DNA of 36,274 bases, taken from NCBI GenBank assembly GCA_965369655.1, contig CBDUQR010000031.1:1-36274 (forward strand), in the 5' to 3' direction. The translations under genes were made by a program, and so were the position numbers. The notes beneath the pieces are model-generated. The model searched no databases and had not been told where the DNA came from. It saw only the letters and a list, made by a program, of their open reading frames with translations. Position 1 is the first letter of the stretch, and every line of letters begins with the position of its first letter. Source of the stretch: an uncultured bacterium (GTDB taxonomy: Bacteria; Zixibacteria; MSB-5A5; JAABVY01; JAHJOQ01). Shown here one piece after another: positions 8,840 through 17,864 of this stretch.

Positions 8840-10015
8840 TCACGGGCTGGAAGCCCGTGCCACTTCCACTTCTTCACCCGTCCGAATTGACTCTTTTATC
8901 TTGATAGAATCGATATCAAAGAACTTATCGATTGCATCTACAATTCGAGGCGCTGTGGACCCATCCCACAGAATCGGTCGACCCTTACCTGCGCTGCGAC
9001 CGTCTATGTATTCACCAGCGAGCTCGATCACTCTTGTCGGATCGAGTCCAACGAGGGTGTTAGTTCCATCGGTGATCGTGACAGGTCTTTCCGTGTTTGG
9101 TCTGACAGTCAGGCATGGCACTCCGAGATATGTCGTCTCCTCCTGAACGCCCCCCGAGTCGGTCACTACGACCGCCGCATCCTTTTCGAGTTTGAGAAAT
9201 TCGAGGTAGCCGAGCGGTTCGACGAGATGCAGGTTCTTGTTGCCCAGAATTGAGTCCCCGCCGATCGAGAGCTCGAATTCGATAATGTTCTTTCTCGTTC
9301 GCGGATGGATCGGAAATACGACAGGCGCAAGCTCCGCAAGTCCTGAGAGAATCTCGACGATCTTCCTGAGTTGTTCGCTGTTATCCACGTTCCCGGGACG
9401 ATGCATCGTGATCAGGATATAGTCGCTGAGACCCAGGTCTTCTGCGACAGTCATTCTCTCAGCCATCGGGAGAAACTTGCTGAGCGAATCGATCATAATA
9501 TTGCCGACGAAATGAATCGAATCTTCGGAGACGCCCTCTCGAACGAGATTCCGGTTTGCATCTTCGCATGTCGTGAAGTGCAGTGTGCTAACCCTGTCCG
9601 CGACGATCCGGTTTATCTCTTCGGGCATACTCCAGTCGTTGGACCTGAGACCAGCCTCGACATGCGCGACAGGTATTTCGAGCTTTGCCGCTGTGATTGC
9701 GGTGGCGAGAGTCGAGTTGACATCCCCGAACACGACGACCATATCAGGATCGAGATCGAGCATGACTTCTTCGATAGCGATCATGACCTTGCCGGTCTGA
9801 ACCCCGTGAGAGCCGGAACCGACGCCGAGATTGATGTCCGGCTTCGGGAGGCCAAGCTGCCGGAAGAAGACGTCGGACATCCTGTCGTCGTAGTGCTGAC
9901 CGGTATGGACCACGAACGGTCGATACGATTCCCTGCGTTTACCAAGGGCCTCGTGGAGAGGGGCGAGCTTCATGAAATTGGGACGTGCGCCTGCAACCAG
10001 CAGTATCGTTTTCAC
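8840..10015 (-). CDS. wecB: UDP-N-acetylglucosamine 2-epimerase (non-hydrolysing)
   Basis: GARPNFMK, HTGQHYD, GDVNST, HVEAGLRS, MPEEINR, TDSGGVQEE and TERP motifs. GTG start at 10015 follows GAGG. Confidence 0.95.
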   Translation of the reverse strand: MKTILLVAGARPNFMKLAPLHEALGKRRESYRPFVVHTGQHYDDRMSDVFFRQLGLPKPDINLGVGSGSHGVQTGKVMIAIEEVMLDLDPDMVVVFGDVNSTLATAITAAKLEIPVAHVEAGLRSNDWSMPEEINRIVADRVSTLHFTTCEDANRNLVREGVSEDSIHFVGNIMIDSLSKFLPMAERMTVAEDLGLSDYILITMHRPGNVDNSEQLRKIVEILSGLAELAPVVFPIHPRTRKNIIEFELSIGGDSILGNKNLHLVEPLGYLEFLKLEKDAAVVVTDSGGVQEETTYLGVPCLTVRPNTERPVTITDGTNTLVGLDPTRVIELAGEYIDGRSAGKGRPILWDGSTAPRIVDAIDKFFDIDSIKIKESIRTGEEVEVARASSP

Positions 10016-10028
10016 ATTTGCCTCTCTG

Positions 10029-12413
10029 CTACAGTTTGTCCACGATGTAGACTGTTGTGGCAAGGCCGCCGACAATTGTCGCAGTGCTGGTGAGAATCTT
10101 CCACCAGTCCCGCTGCCTTTTGATCTGTGTCGGAACCACTATGGCATCGCCGAGATCAGTTGCTTTGCCACGTGCCTTGCTCCAATTGAGCACTCTGCCG
10201 TCCGCTTTGACGACCCTTATACTATTCTTATCGGAATTACGCAGTAATCCACCAGCTCTGTCGATGTAGTACGAAGGCTTCTTGCCTGTTTCGAACTGGA
10301 TTGTGCCGCTCGATGCTATTGCTCCCATCACCTGGACGCCGGATGGCATCCTCGGAATGTAGATTTGATCTCCCGGACGCAGCGGCAGGTATTTGCTCAT
10401 GCCGTTGTTATTTAGGATCAGATCGAGATCGATTACGATTCTGTTCATCTTCTCGGTATTGACATCGAAGGCAAGCTCTCGGTAGATTCTGCCTGTCGAA
10501 TCTTCCTTGAGAGGAGCTGACTTCGTGATGATATCGGAAATATTCTGTCTTCGGAGATCATCGGCTATCTGAGCGCGAGTGAAAACTGCTCCCGCCGGGA
10601 ATGCCTTTTCAGTCAATCCCCCCGCTCTATGAATCAACTGATAGAGCGACTCGCCGTCATGCGAGAGGATGTACTCACCCGGAAAGCGGACTTCGCCCTG
10701 GATCGCAACGATTCGATTCTCATCCCAGGCGGGCATCTTCCTGATGAATACCTGGTCATCCTCGGCAAGCGCGACATCGTAAGTCTGGTCGCTATCTTCT
10801 ATCAGCTTGTCCAGGCTGACATGGAACAATTCTGTTTCGCCCTGATCGGTCATTCGTGCGATCTCTGCTGAGAGCAGGTATGCGTTGCGGTTGAGATTGC
10901 CTGCCCTGAATATCAGGTCCGAGAGTTTCATGTTCTCGAGCAGGCGATACCTTCCGGGGTGCGCAACCTCACCCTTGATCCAGACATACTTATCGCGTGT
11001 CACATCTGATGTGGCGTATACGATCAGGCTGTCCTTCGCCTGAAGCACGATTTCGACTGAATCCTGACCGCCGGTGATTCGACTAAGATTGATCGGAATG
11101 ATTTCTTTGCTGCCGTTGGGGTGTGTGCGAATCAGGTCGGCGCGCTCCATGTACGCATCTTCGTAGAGCTGATCGCCATTCGATATCAACTCCGAGACGA
11201 TCGAGTGCATCTCGATCTGAAACGCTCCCGGATGTTTGACATGGCCGTCGAGCCAGACGATATTTACGCGAAGGCTGTCCTTCGGATGAATCGTGACAAC
11301 GTCGCCGCCACGCATGGCAAACTGACTATTGTCGACAGAAGCGTTACTAAGATCAACATCGAGCGCTATCCTGTCATCGTTCTTCCCGATTCTGTCGACA
11401 GCAACCTTACTCGCGTATGCTCCCGGCGTCATGCCACCAGCGAGATCGACAACTTCGTCGATAGTCTCACCCCCGAGCAGTTCATAGATCGCTGGCCTGC
11501 GTACTTCGCCATAGACCTTGACCAGATCGCCTGCGAGTGGGACAAAGATCACATCCTCCGATTCGAGCTTTATATCTCCGGAGGAATCGCCGAACAGCAG
11601 GAATCTGTACAGATCAACCGTCTGAATCGTATTTCCGCCTCTCAGGAGACGAATCTTTCGCATGCTTCCGCGTGCGTTAGGACCACTGGCCGAGTAGAGA
11701 CCGTTGAAAAGGGTCGACAGCGAACTGAGTGTATAGCGTCCGGGCTGTTTTACTTCGCCGTAGACATACACGCTTATCGAGCGGATCTTGCCGAGCGTCA
11801 CGCTCAGATTGAACTCACTATAGATTTCTGAGAATCTCTTCTTTAGTCGGGTTTCGAGATCGTCGAGAGAAAGACCGTAGCAGATAACATCGCCGACTCT
11901 GGGAATGAATACTTTTCCTTCACGGTTGACCGTCAGATTGAATTCCTTGTCGACCCGTCCCCACATATTGATGATGAGGTTGTCTCCCGGGCCAATACTG
12001 TAATCGGGGGGTGCAGCCGCTATCTCAGGAGGCGAAAAGCCGACCGATCTGTCGGTGAACATGTCGAAACCGAATATCTTCAGCGTGTCCGGCTCGGGAG
12101 CCAGGATAGTCCGAATGCCAGAATCGGGTGAAATGACTGAAGACTCTCCAGACTCGAAGCCAGCATCGGTACCTTCGTACGATTGAGCTTTGCGAGCCAG
12201 GGAATCCTCGAAAATGTCCGGGGATGTGTATGCTCCTGAGCGATCAGGTGTTAGAGATGTTCTTGATCTAACATACTCTTCGGTTATGGCTTTCTTCGAT
12301 CTCTCGTACTCATCCGAGAGTTGATGGGCATCTTTCTGGGATGTCCCGGACGCGAGAAGATTCGAACTGAGAAGAATCGCCAGACCTGTGGCACGAATAA
12401 TCGAAAGTTTCAT
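10029..12413 (-). CDS. Polysaccharide export protein with multiple SLBB repeats (Wza/KpsD-like)
   Basis: Signal peptide, FGFDMF, DYSIGPGD, repeated GEV-xPGxY SLBB units and a C-terminal amphipathic helix. GAGG RBS. Confidence 0.9.
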   Translation of the reverse strand: MKLSIIRATGLAILLSSNLLASGTSQKDAHQLSDEYERSKKAITEEYVRSRTSLTPDRSGAYTSPDIFEDSLARKAQSYEGTDAGFESGESSVISPDSGIRTILAPEPDTLKIFGFDMFTDRSVGFSPPEIAAAPPDYSIGPGDNLIINMWGRVDKEFNLTVNREGKVFIPRVGDVICYGLSLDDLETRLKKRFSEIYSEFNLSVTLGKIRSISVYVYGEVKQPGRYTLSSLSTLFNGLYSASGPNARGSMRKIRLLRGGNTIQTVDLYRFLLFGDSSGDIKLESEDVIFVPLAGDLVKVYGEVRRPAIYELLGGETIDEVVDLAGGMTPGAYASKVAVDRIGKNDDRIALDVDLSNASVDNSQFAMRGGDVVTIHPKDSLRVNIVWLDGHVKHPGAFQIEMHSIVSELISNGDQLYEDAYMERADLIRTHPNGSKEIIPINLSRITGGQDSVEIVLQAKDSLIVYATSDVTRDKYVWIKGEVAHPGRYRLLENMKLSDLIFRAGNLNRNAYLLSAEIARMTDQGETELFHVSLDKLIEDSDQTYDVALAEDDQVFIRKMPAWDENRIVAIQGEVRFPGEYILSHDGESLYQLIHRAGGLTEKAFPAGAVFTRAQIADDLRRQNISDIITKSAPLKEDSTGRIYRELAFDVNTEKMNRIVIDLDLILNNNGMSKYLPLRPGDQIYIPRMPSGVQVMGAIASSGTIQFETGKKPSYYIDRAGGLLRNSDKNSIRVVKADGRVLNWSKARGKATDLGDAIVVPTQIKRQRDWWKILTSTATIVGGLATTVYIVDKL

Positions 12414-12592
12414 TATTACCTCTTCCTAACTCCTATTTAGAAAGATGCTATCTCGTTCTGAAACAGTACAAACAGCGTGCCCATTGCTGGCTGACATGTA
12501 AGCTATTGCAATGGAATGGATAACGAGAAGCCTGGGTCGATGGCGGAGCGATCCCTGTGGAAAGAAATGCGGATCAGATTGGAACTTTTTTC

Positions 12593-13501
12593 TTAAGTCA
12601 GTTCAGAATCTATGAGCGCGAAGGCTTCTGCCAATGGGAGCGGTTTCGTACTGAGGGTCTCAAGCGCCAATGATATATCGAGTCCGGCGCGGAGAGGACG
12701 TTTCGCCGCGCGAGCCAACCCAGACAGCTCGATGGCCTCGACGAGCGAATCGGTGAATCCGAAGTGCCGAGCGACTAAAGATGAAAATTCGTATCTCGAC
12801 AGATACTCCGGGCCTGCGATATGGATTATACCAGTCAGATGAAGCGAGACAGCTTCTCTTATACTCTCGGCGAGGTTAGCCGTCCACATTGGATTGCAGT
12901 AGAGGTCGGATGCAACCCGGACAGTCTCGCCCTTTTTCAGGCGATCGTAGGTCGACGAGAAGAGGTTAGTTTTTCCCGCATGGCCGCAGTCATAGAGGGC
13001 GCATGTTCTGATTACCAGCGCATCGATTCCCGATTTCCGGACAGCTTCTTCAGCTTGCAGTTTGGTCCGGCCATACGTATTCAGCGGGTTTGGAACCGTC
13101 TGTTCAGCGTATTGACCATCCCCGCCACCGAAAATGTAGTCTGTCGATATCTGTACGAAGTAGAGGTCGTGACTGCTTGCTGCGTTCAGCAGATTCTCGA
13201 CAATGCCACAGTTGAGCCTGTATGCCATCGCCGGATCGGACTCACAACCGTCGACGTCTGTGGTCGCGGCGCAGTTAATGATAATTGCCGGAGCGATCTC
13301 CGCGAGCAATTGTTCGGCTTGTCGATGATCGGTCAGGTCGCAAACTCTCGCATCGACACCGCTCGACTCAATCAGGCTGTTGCGGAATACGACAGCAGTA
13401 ACATCATAGTCATCAGTGAAAACCGGGATAAGCCTTCTGCCGAGCAGTCCGCTCGCACCGGTTATCAGTATATGTTTCCTGGAGTTTGTTGAAAAACCCA
13501 T
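12593..13501 (-). CDS. rmlD: dTDP-4-dehydrorhamnose reductase family
   Basis: GASGLLG, TDVDGCE, ISTDYIF, YGRTK and AKRP motifs, plus rml operon context. Confidence 0.88.
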   Translation of the reverse strand: MGFSTNSRKHILITGASGLLGRRLIPVFTDDYDVTAVVFRNSLIESSGVDARVCDLTDHRQAEQLLAEIAPAIIINCAATTDVDGCESDPAMAYRLNCGIVENLLNAASSHDLYFVQISTDYIFGGGDGQYAEQTVPNPLNTYGRTKLQAEEAVRKSGIDALVIRTCALYDCGHAGKTNLFSSTYDRLKKGETVRVASDLYCNPMWTANLAESIREAVSLHLTGIIHIAGPEYLSRYEFSSLVARHFGFTDSLVEAIELSGLARAAKRPLRAGLDISLALETLSTKPLPLAEAFALIDSELT

Positions 13502-13523
13502 CTCAGCTCACATTTCTGGCGTT

Positions 13524-13639
13524 GTCATCACGAGGAGCGCAGCGACGTGGTGATCTCAGTTTTTGTAACGCGATGCCAACATGAGATTGCCACACTCCCT
13601 CCCTTCGAGGCTCAGGACTTGTCGGTCGCTCGCAATGAC
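13524..13639. repeat. REP doublet (GTCATCACGAG...CTCGCAATGAC) with a 21-nt unit inserted in the right REP
   Basis: Left unit gtcatcacgaggagcgcagcgacgtggtgatctc (13524-13557). Right unit gagattgccacactccct[cccttcgaggctcaggacttg, 13601-13621]tcggtcgctcgcaatgac. Lies between rmlB and rmlD. Confidence 0.85.
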
Positions 13640-13696
13640 GGTGAATTCCAGCCATCACTCTAAACGATATATCAACTAACTTTTTCAGAATACCCC

Positions 13697-14701
13697 TTAG
13701 AGTGAGCCATATTGTTTCCGGCAGTATTCTTCGTATTCTTTCGTCCGATGTTTCTTCAGCCAGTCCGGATTGGCACGATACCACTCGACTGTCTTCACGA
13801 GCGCTTTCTCGAAATCATACCTCGGCAGCCATCCGAACTGATTGATGAACTTGCTGCCGTCAGTCGAGTATCTCTGATCATGCCCCGGCCTGTCATCGAC
13901 AAAGCGAATCAGGTCATCGCCTTTGCCCATCATCGACACAAGATTCTTCACCAGATCAATATTCCTGATCTCGTTCTTCGAAGAGAGATTGAATATCTCT
14001 CCGGTCACAAAACCATCGATGGCAAAATCCATCGCGTGGCAGAAATCGTCCGTATGTAGCCAGGTTCTAGTCTGCATGCCGTCACCGTATACGGGAACCG
14101 GAAGTCCCCTCGAAAGCCTGTCGATAAACAACGGGATAATCTTTTCCGGATACTGATATGGTCCGAGATTGTTTACCGGTCTCAGGATCATGACATCGAG
14201 ACCGTGGGTTCTGTTCGCCGCCATCAGTAGAAGATCCGCAGCAGCCTTGGATGCCGAATAGGGTGAACTCGGTCGCAGCAACGTTTCCTCCGTGAAGGAT
14301 TCATCTGCGGCCGTCGAACCGTAGACTTCATCTGTCGATATATGCAGGAGTGAAATTGACCTCATGCGACATTGATCCGCGAGCACCTGCACACCATAAA
14401 CATTGGTCCTGATGAAATCGGACGGATACATGATCGATCGGTCAACATGCGTCTCGGCGGCGAGATTGATGACCATGTCGATGCCTGAATCGAGCGCATC
14501 CGATACCTGTCCCGGCTCGCAGATGTCGCCCTGGATGAATGCCACTCTCTTGTCGGATATGAGTCGCCTGATATTCGATTTGGTTCCCGCGTACGTCAGA
14601 AGGTCGAAAACCGTGAGATGATATTCGGCGCGATTCTCGGCGAGGAAATGAACGAGATTGGTCCCGAGGAAACCACAGCCTCCGGTTATCAGGATGTTCA
14701 T
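13697..14701 (-). CDS. rmlB: dTDP-glucose 4,6-dehydratase
   Basis: GGCGFLG, AAETHVDRSI, HISTDEVYG, YSASK and DRPGHDQRY motifs. Confidence 0.95.
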   Translation of the reverse strand: MNILITGGCGFLGTNLVHFLAENRAEYHLTVFDLLTYAGTKSNIRRLISDKRVAFIQGDICEPGQVSDALDSGIDMVINLAAETHVDRSIMYPSDFIRTNVYGVQVLADQCRMRSISLLHISTDEVYGSTAADESFTEETLLRPSSPYSASKAAADLLLMAANRTHGLDVMILRPVNNLGPYQYPEKIIPLFIDRLSRGLPVPVYGDGMQTRTWLHTDDFCHAMDFAIDGFVTGEIFNLSSKNEIRNIDLVKNLVSMMGKGDDLIRFVDDRPGHDQRYSTDGSKFINQFGWLPRYDFEKALVKTVEWYRANPDWLKKHRTKEYEEYCRKQYGSL

Positions 14702-14709
14702 CCGAAGGC

Positions 14710-15165
14710 TTACCTTTCTTTCAGCTTCCAGTCGTATGGGATGTCGTTGTCATGCGGGTCGACTCGCATCTCGTCGGGAGCTTCGTAGTCGTATGTCCTG
14801 TCAGGAATGTTGAGCGCGATGGCGGGACCGTCTCCGATCGCCTTGAAACCGTGGTATACGCCGGGCGGAATCTGGATCAGCATCGGAGATCTCTCTCCGA
14901 CGAAGAACTCGCTAATCTCTCCCCTGGTTGATGAACCATCGCGTCTGTCATACAGGACAAACTTGGCCATGCCGGAGACAATCGTGAAATTGTCGGTTTG
15001 CTCCTTGTGGTAGTGCCACGCCTTCACAACGCCCGGATACGCCATTGTCACGTAGGCCTGCCCGAACTGAGTGAATTGGTCATCGTCGTTTCTCAGCACC
15101 TCCATCAGGTAGCCGCGTTCGTCCGGAACGATTTTCAGCTTCTTAACAATCACACCATCAATCAC
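14710..15165 (-). CDS. rmlC: dTDP-4-dehydrorhamnose 3,5-epimerase family (RmlC/SpsL-like cupin)
   Basis: DERGYLME, PGVVKAWHYH and IPPGVYHGF motifs, plus operon context. Confidence 0.88.
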   Translation of the reverse strand: MIDGVIVKKLKIVPDERGYLMEVLRNDDDQFTQFGQAYVTMAYPGVVKAWHYHKEQTDNFTIVSGMAKFVLYDRRDGSSTRGEISEFFVGERSPMLIQIPPGVYHGFKAIGDGPAIALNIPDRTYDYEAPDEMRVDPHDNDIPYDWKLKER

Positions 15166-15913
15166 GTATTATCTCCATGCTTTGCGTTTTCTGTTCCCGA
15201 ACGAGCCGCGATGCTTCGTGCAGCGACTCGAATGTTCCGCAATCGCTCCACCAACCGTTCAGATAGCCGTATGACAGATTGCCTGACGCTATATACGAGT
15301 TGGATACATCGGTAATCTCGTACTCGCCGCGATCCGACGGTTCGAGAGTGCGAATTATGTCGAATACCCTGCTGTCATAAAAATAGATACCGACGACTGC
15401 GTATGGCGATTTAGGACGGTTCGGCTTTTCCTCTATACCGATCAGCTTTTCGCCGTCGAAAACCGGCACGCCGAATCGCTCGGGGTCCGGGACATTCTTA
15501 AGCAGTATTCGCGCTCCTTCGCGTTGCGATCTATAGTTTTCGAGTTCGAAATCTAAGTCATCCTCAAAAAGGTTGTCGCCTAATACGACGCATATTCTTC
15601 TATCGGCAGCGAAATCCTCGGCGAGAGCGAGAGCGGCAGCTATACCATCCTCGCCGACCTGTGTCGTAAACTCGATACTTGTACTCTGGAATCTGCGCTC
15701 GTTCCTGAGAAGCTGCTCGAAATCATCCTGATTGCCTTCACCGCACACGATGAGAATATCGTCTATGCCCGCCCGGATCATCTTTTCGAGCGGGTAGTAG
15801 ATCATCGGCTGATCGTAGACCGGGAGCAGATGCTTGTTGGCTACGCGTGTAAGCGGATCAAGCCGTCTGCCGAGTCCGCCCGCGAGTATCACGCCTGCGA
15901 TTTCGTTTTTCAC
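15158..15913 (-). CDS. rmlA: Glucose-1-phosphate thymidylyltransferase (RmlA/SpsI-like)
   Basis: GVILAGGLGRRL, NKHLLPVYDQPMIYYP, LGDN, EEKP, RGEYEITD and WSDCGT motifs. Confidence 0.93.
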   Translation of the reverse strand: MKNEIAGVILAGGLGRRLDPLTRVANKHLLPVYDQPMIYYPLEKMIRAGIDDILIVCGEGNQDDFEQLLRNERRFQSTSIEFTTQVGEDGIAAALALAEDFAADRRICVVLGDNLFEDDLDFELENYRSQREGARILLKNVPDPERFGVPVFDGEKLIGIEEKPNRPKSPYAVVGIYFYDSRVFDIIRTLEPSDRGEYEITDVSNSYIASGNLSYGYLNGWWSDCGTFESLHEASRLVREQKTQSMEIIRD

Positions 15914-15919
15914 AGGCTC

Positions 15920-15947
15920 AATCTATTATAGGTGGTGTGACAGTCAA
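15920..15947 (-). promoter_or_regulatory. Putative sigma70 promoter of the rml operon (leaderless candidate)
   Basis: TTGACT-N16-TAGATT ends 6 nt before the rmlA GTG. No SD sequence is visible. Confidence 0.45.
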
Positions 15948-16038
15948 GGGAAAGTTGGGGAGTGGGTCGGTTTGCAAGAAACGGGTGCAAGCCAAGATTT
16001 TGGTTTTCCCAATCTTCAACAGTGGCTATATTGGTGTT

Positions 16039-16923
16039 ATGGACAAATCTAAAGAGACCGCCGGATTGCGAGTGAAATATGGCGGAGAACTGAAGGAGAT
16101 AAATGTTAATACGTTTCTCAGTTCACTCTCTGGCATATCTGCAACTATCGATGAAGTAAGCAATGAAATCGGAGAGGGGCAGAAACTCGAAATAAGAATC
16201 AGGGCTATAGAGCAGGGTAGTTTCCTCATTGACATAGGGCTTATAGCTGTGCCCGTTCTCGATATTGTCAGAACAATTGATGTGGATGTAATATCGAAAG
16301 TAGTCCGGACGGTCGTGGACATCTTCAAACTTCGGAAATTCCTCAAAGGGGAGAAACCAGAGAAAGTAAGAGAGAAGGGCGACGATCTCACGGTGACCTC
16401 CCAATCAGGTAATCAAATCACAATTAACAGACCAACATTCAATATTTATGACAGTAATATCGCAGTTGGCGAAGCAATGGCAAAACATTTCAGCGCACTT
16501 AACTCTGACTCGTCCATAGAATCGTTTGAGATTCAGGATGCGAAGCGCAAATTGCTCTTTGAATCATCGAGAGAAGATTTTGAGATGATGTCTGTCAAGA
16601 GGCTTACCGAAATGCCGGAAGAAAACGTAAGATTGTTAGAGCAGCCAACTGCTCTCTATATCTTCAAACTTGTATGGGACAAGACCAGAAAGTGGGAATT
16701 CATTCATCAAGGGATTAAGATTTCTGCCTACATCAAAGACGAGTCGTTTTTCCAGTCTATAGATCAAGGGGAGCAGTTCTCAAAGGGCGATTCACTTGAA
16801 GTGGAACTACAAATCAAACAGATTTTCAGCGAGGACGTGAATACATACATCAATGACTCCTACAATATCATGAAAGTGTTCAAACATAATAGACGGCCCG
16901 ATCAGGGATACCTCAATCTTTAA
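16039..16923 (+). CDS. Hypothetical protein (AT-rich, probably horizontally acquired)
   Basis: 294-aa open frame from ATG 16039, 6 nt after TATATT. No catalytic motif recognised, and codon usage is unlike the flanks. Confidence 0.8.
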   Translation: MDKSKETAGLRVKYGGELKEINVNTFLSSLSGISATIDEVSNEIGEGQKLEIRIRAIEQGSFLIDIGLIAVPVLDIVRTIDVDVISKVVRTVVDIFKLRKFLKGEKPEKVREKGDDLTVTSQSGNQITINRPTFNIYDSNIAVGEAMAKHFSALNSDSSIESFEIQDAKRKLLFESSREDFEMMSVKRLTEMPEENVRLLEQPTALYIFKLVWDKTRKWEFIHQGIKISAYIKDESFFQSIDQGEQFSKGDSLEVELQIKQIFSEDVNTYINDSYNIMKVFKHNRRPDQGYLNL

Positions 16924-16950
16924 CCTCAGTTTCTCTCTTTTCCAAAGGTT

Positions 16951-17031
16951 TCAGTATATTTCCAGATTCCACAATTTGTTTGTTACACTCGCCTCCATCA
17001 CGAGTGTAATTCTTATAACTCTATGAATGCG
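16951..17031 (-). pseudogene. C-terminal fragment resembling an IS1-family DDE transposase
   Basis: RIHRVIRITLVMEASVTNKLWNLEIY resembles the RIHxTLRxTPAMEAGxTDxLWxLE tail of such transposases (recalled, not searched). Confidence 0.5.
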
Positions 17032-17134
17032 TTTGTCAATCGAATGAACCGACACATACTCATTCCAATTGTCAGGTTCTATTGTGACACCATCTTTTGC
17101 TTGGCATTCTAAATCCCTCTCGGTTAATTGATGT

Positions 17135-17839
17135 GTGACTATGATTATCGCCCACAGGGGGGCATCGTATGATTTTCCGGAGAACAGTCTGGAGGCAATC
17201 GAGGGAGCGCGTGCACAAAATGCCGATGGAATCGAGATCGATGTCCGTCTTACCTCAGATGGTATTCCCGTGTTGTGCCACGACAGAAGTCTGACACGAC
17301 TGTTCGGACAGCATCGGAAGCTTTCAACTGTGACAGCAATCGATTTCATGAAACTGAAAATACTCAGCAAAGGCACGACACTTAGGCTCGAGGACCTGTT
17401 TGCAGCGCATGATTCCGAAAGTCGAATCGTACTTGACTTGAAACAATTCGGGGTAGAGGCATCCGCCGTTCGACTGATCGAAAAGTATGGATTGCAGGAA
17501 ATAACGACCGTGTCATCGTTCTACTCGCTTATCATCAGGCGAATCAAGAAGCTCAACCCTGATCTGAGAACTGCTCTGGTGATGGACAGGATTGCCACTG
17601 TCCCGGTCGCTTTGCGGCTTACTCCATTGATGCGCCTCTACAGAAGATCGATCGGGTGCGATTATCTTCATCTCTATTATCGCAGATCGAATGTCTATTG
17701 CGCGCGCGGACTCGTCAGGCACGGTCATCCTGTCGCATTTTGGACTGTCGATGAACCGGATGATATTCGCGAAGCAATGAATGCACAGCCATACGCGATT
17801 ATCACAAACAGGCCGGGACTCGCACGTGAGCACTCGTGA
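17135..17839 (+). CDS. Glycerophosphodiester phosphodiesterase
   Basis: IAHRGAS, PENS, EIDVRLTSDG, CHD, WTVD and IITNRP motifs. Confidence 0.93.
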   Translation: MTMIIAHRGASYDFPENSLEAIEGARAQNADGIEIDVRLTSDGIPVLCHDRSLTRLFGQHRKLSTVTAIDFMKLKILSKGTTLRLEDLFAAHDSESRIVLDLKQFGVEASAVRLIEKYGLQEITTVSSFYSLIIRRIKKLNPDLRTALVMDRIATVPVALRLTPLMRLYRRSIGCDYLHLYYRRSNVYCARGLVRHGHPVAFWTVDEPDDIREAMNAQPYAIITNRPGLAREHS

Positions 17840-17864
17840 GCGACAGACGTCCCCAGGTTTTCAA

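Larger units (their letters stand above)
15958..17031 (-). mobile_element. Putative remnant of an IS1-family element carrying a passenger gene
   Basis: GGGAGTGGGTCGGTTTGCAA (15958-15977) resembles a GGTAGTGGGTCAGTTTGA-type end as I recall it. There is a transposase-like C-terminal fragment at 16951-17031, and the interior is AT-rich. Confidence 0.5.

Noticed and set aside
13503-13784. 93-aa ORF between rmlB and rmlD
   Set aside because: It overlaps the rmlB end and spans the REP doublet, so it is a repeat-derived frame.
16983-17009. Perfect 9-bp inverted repeat TTACACTCG/CGAGTGTAA as a terminator
   Set aside because: The U-tract is weak and it lies within the putative transposase fragment. 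I cannot assign a function.
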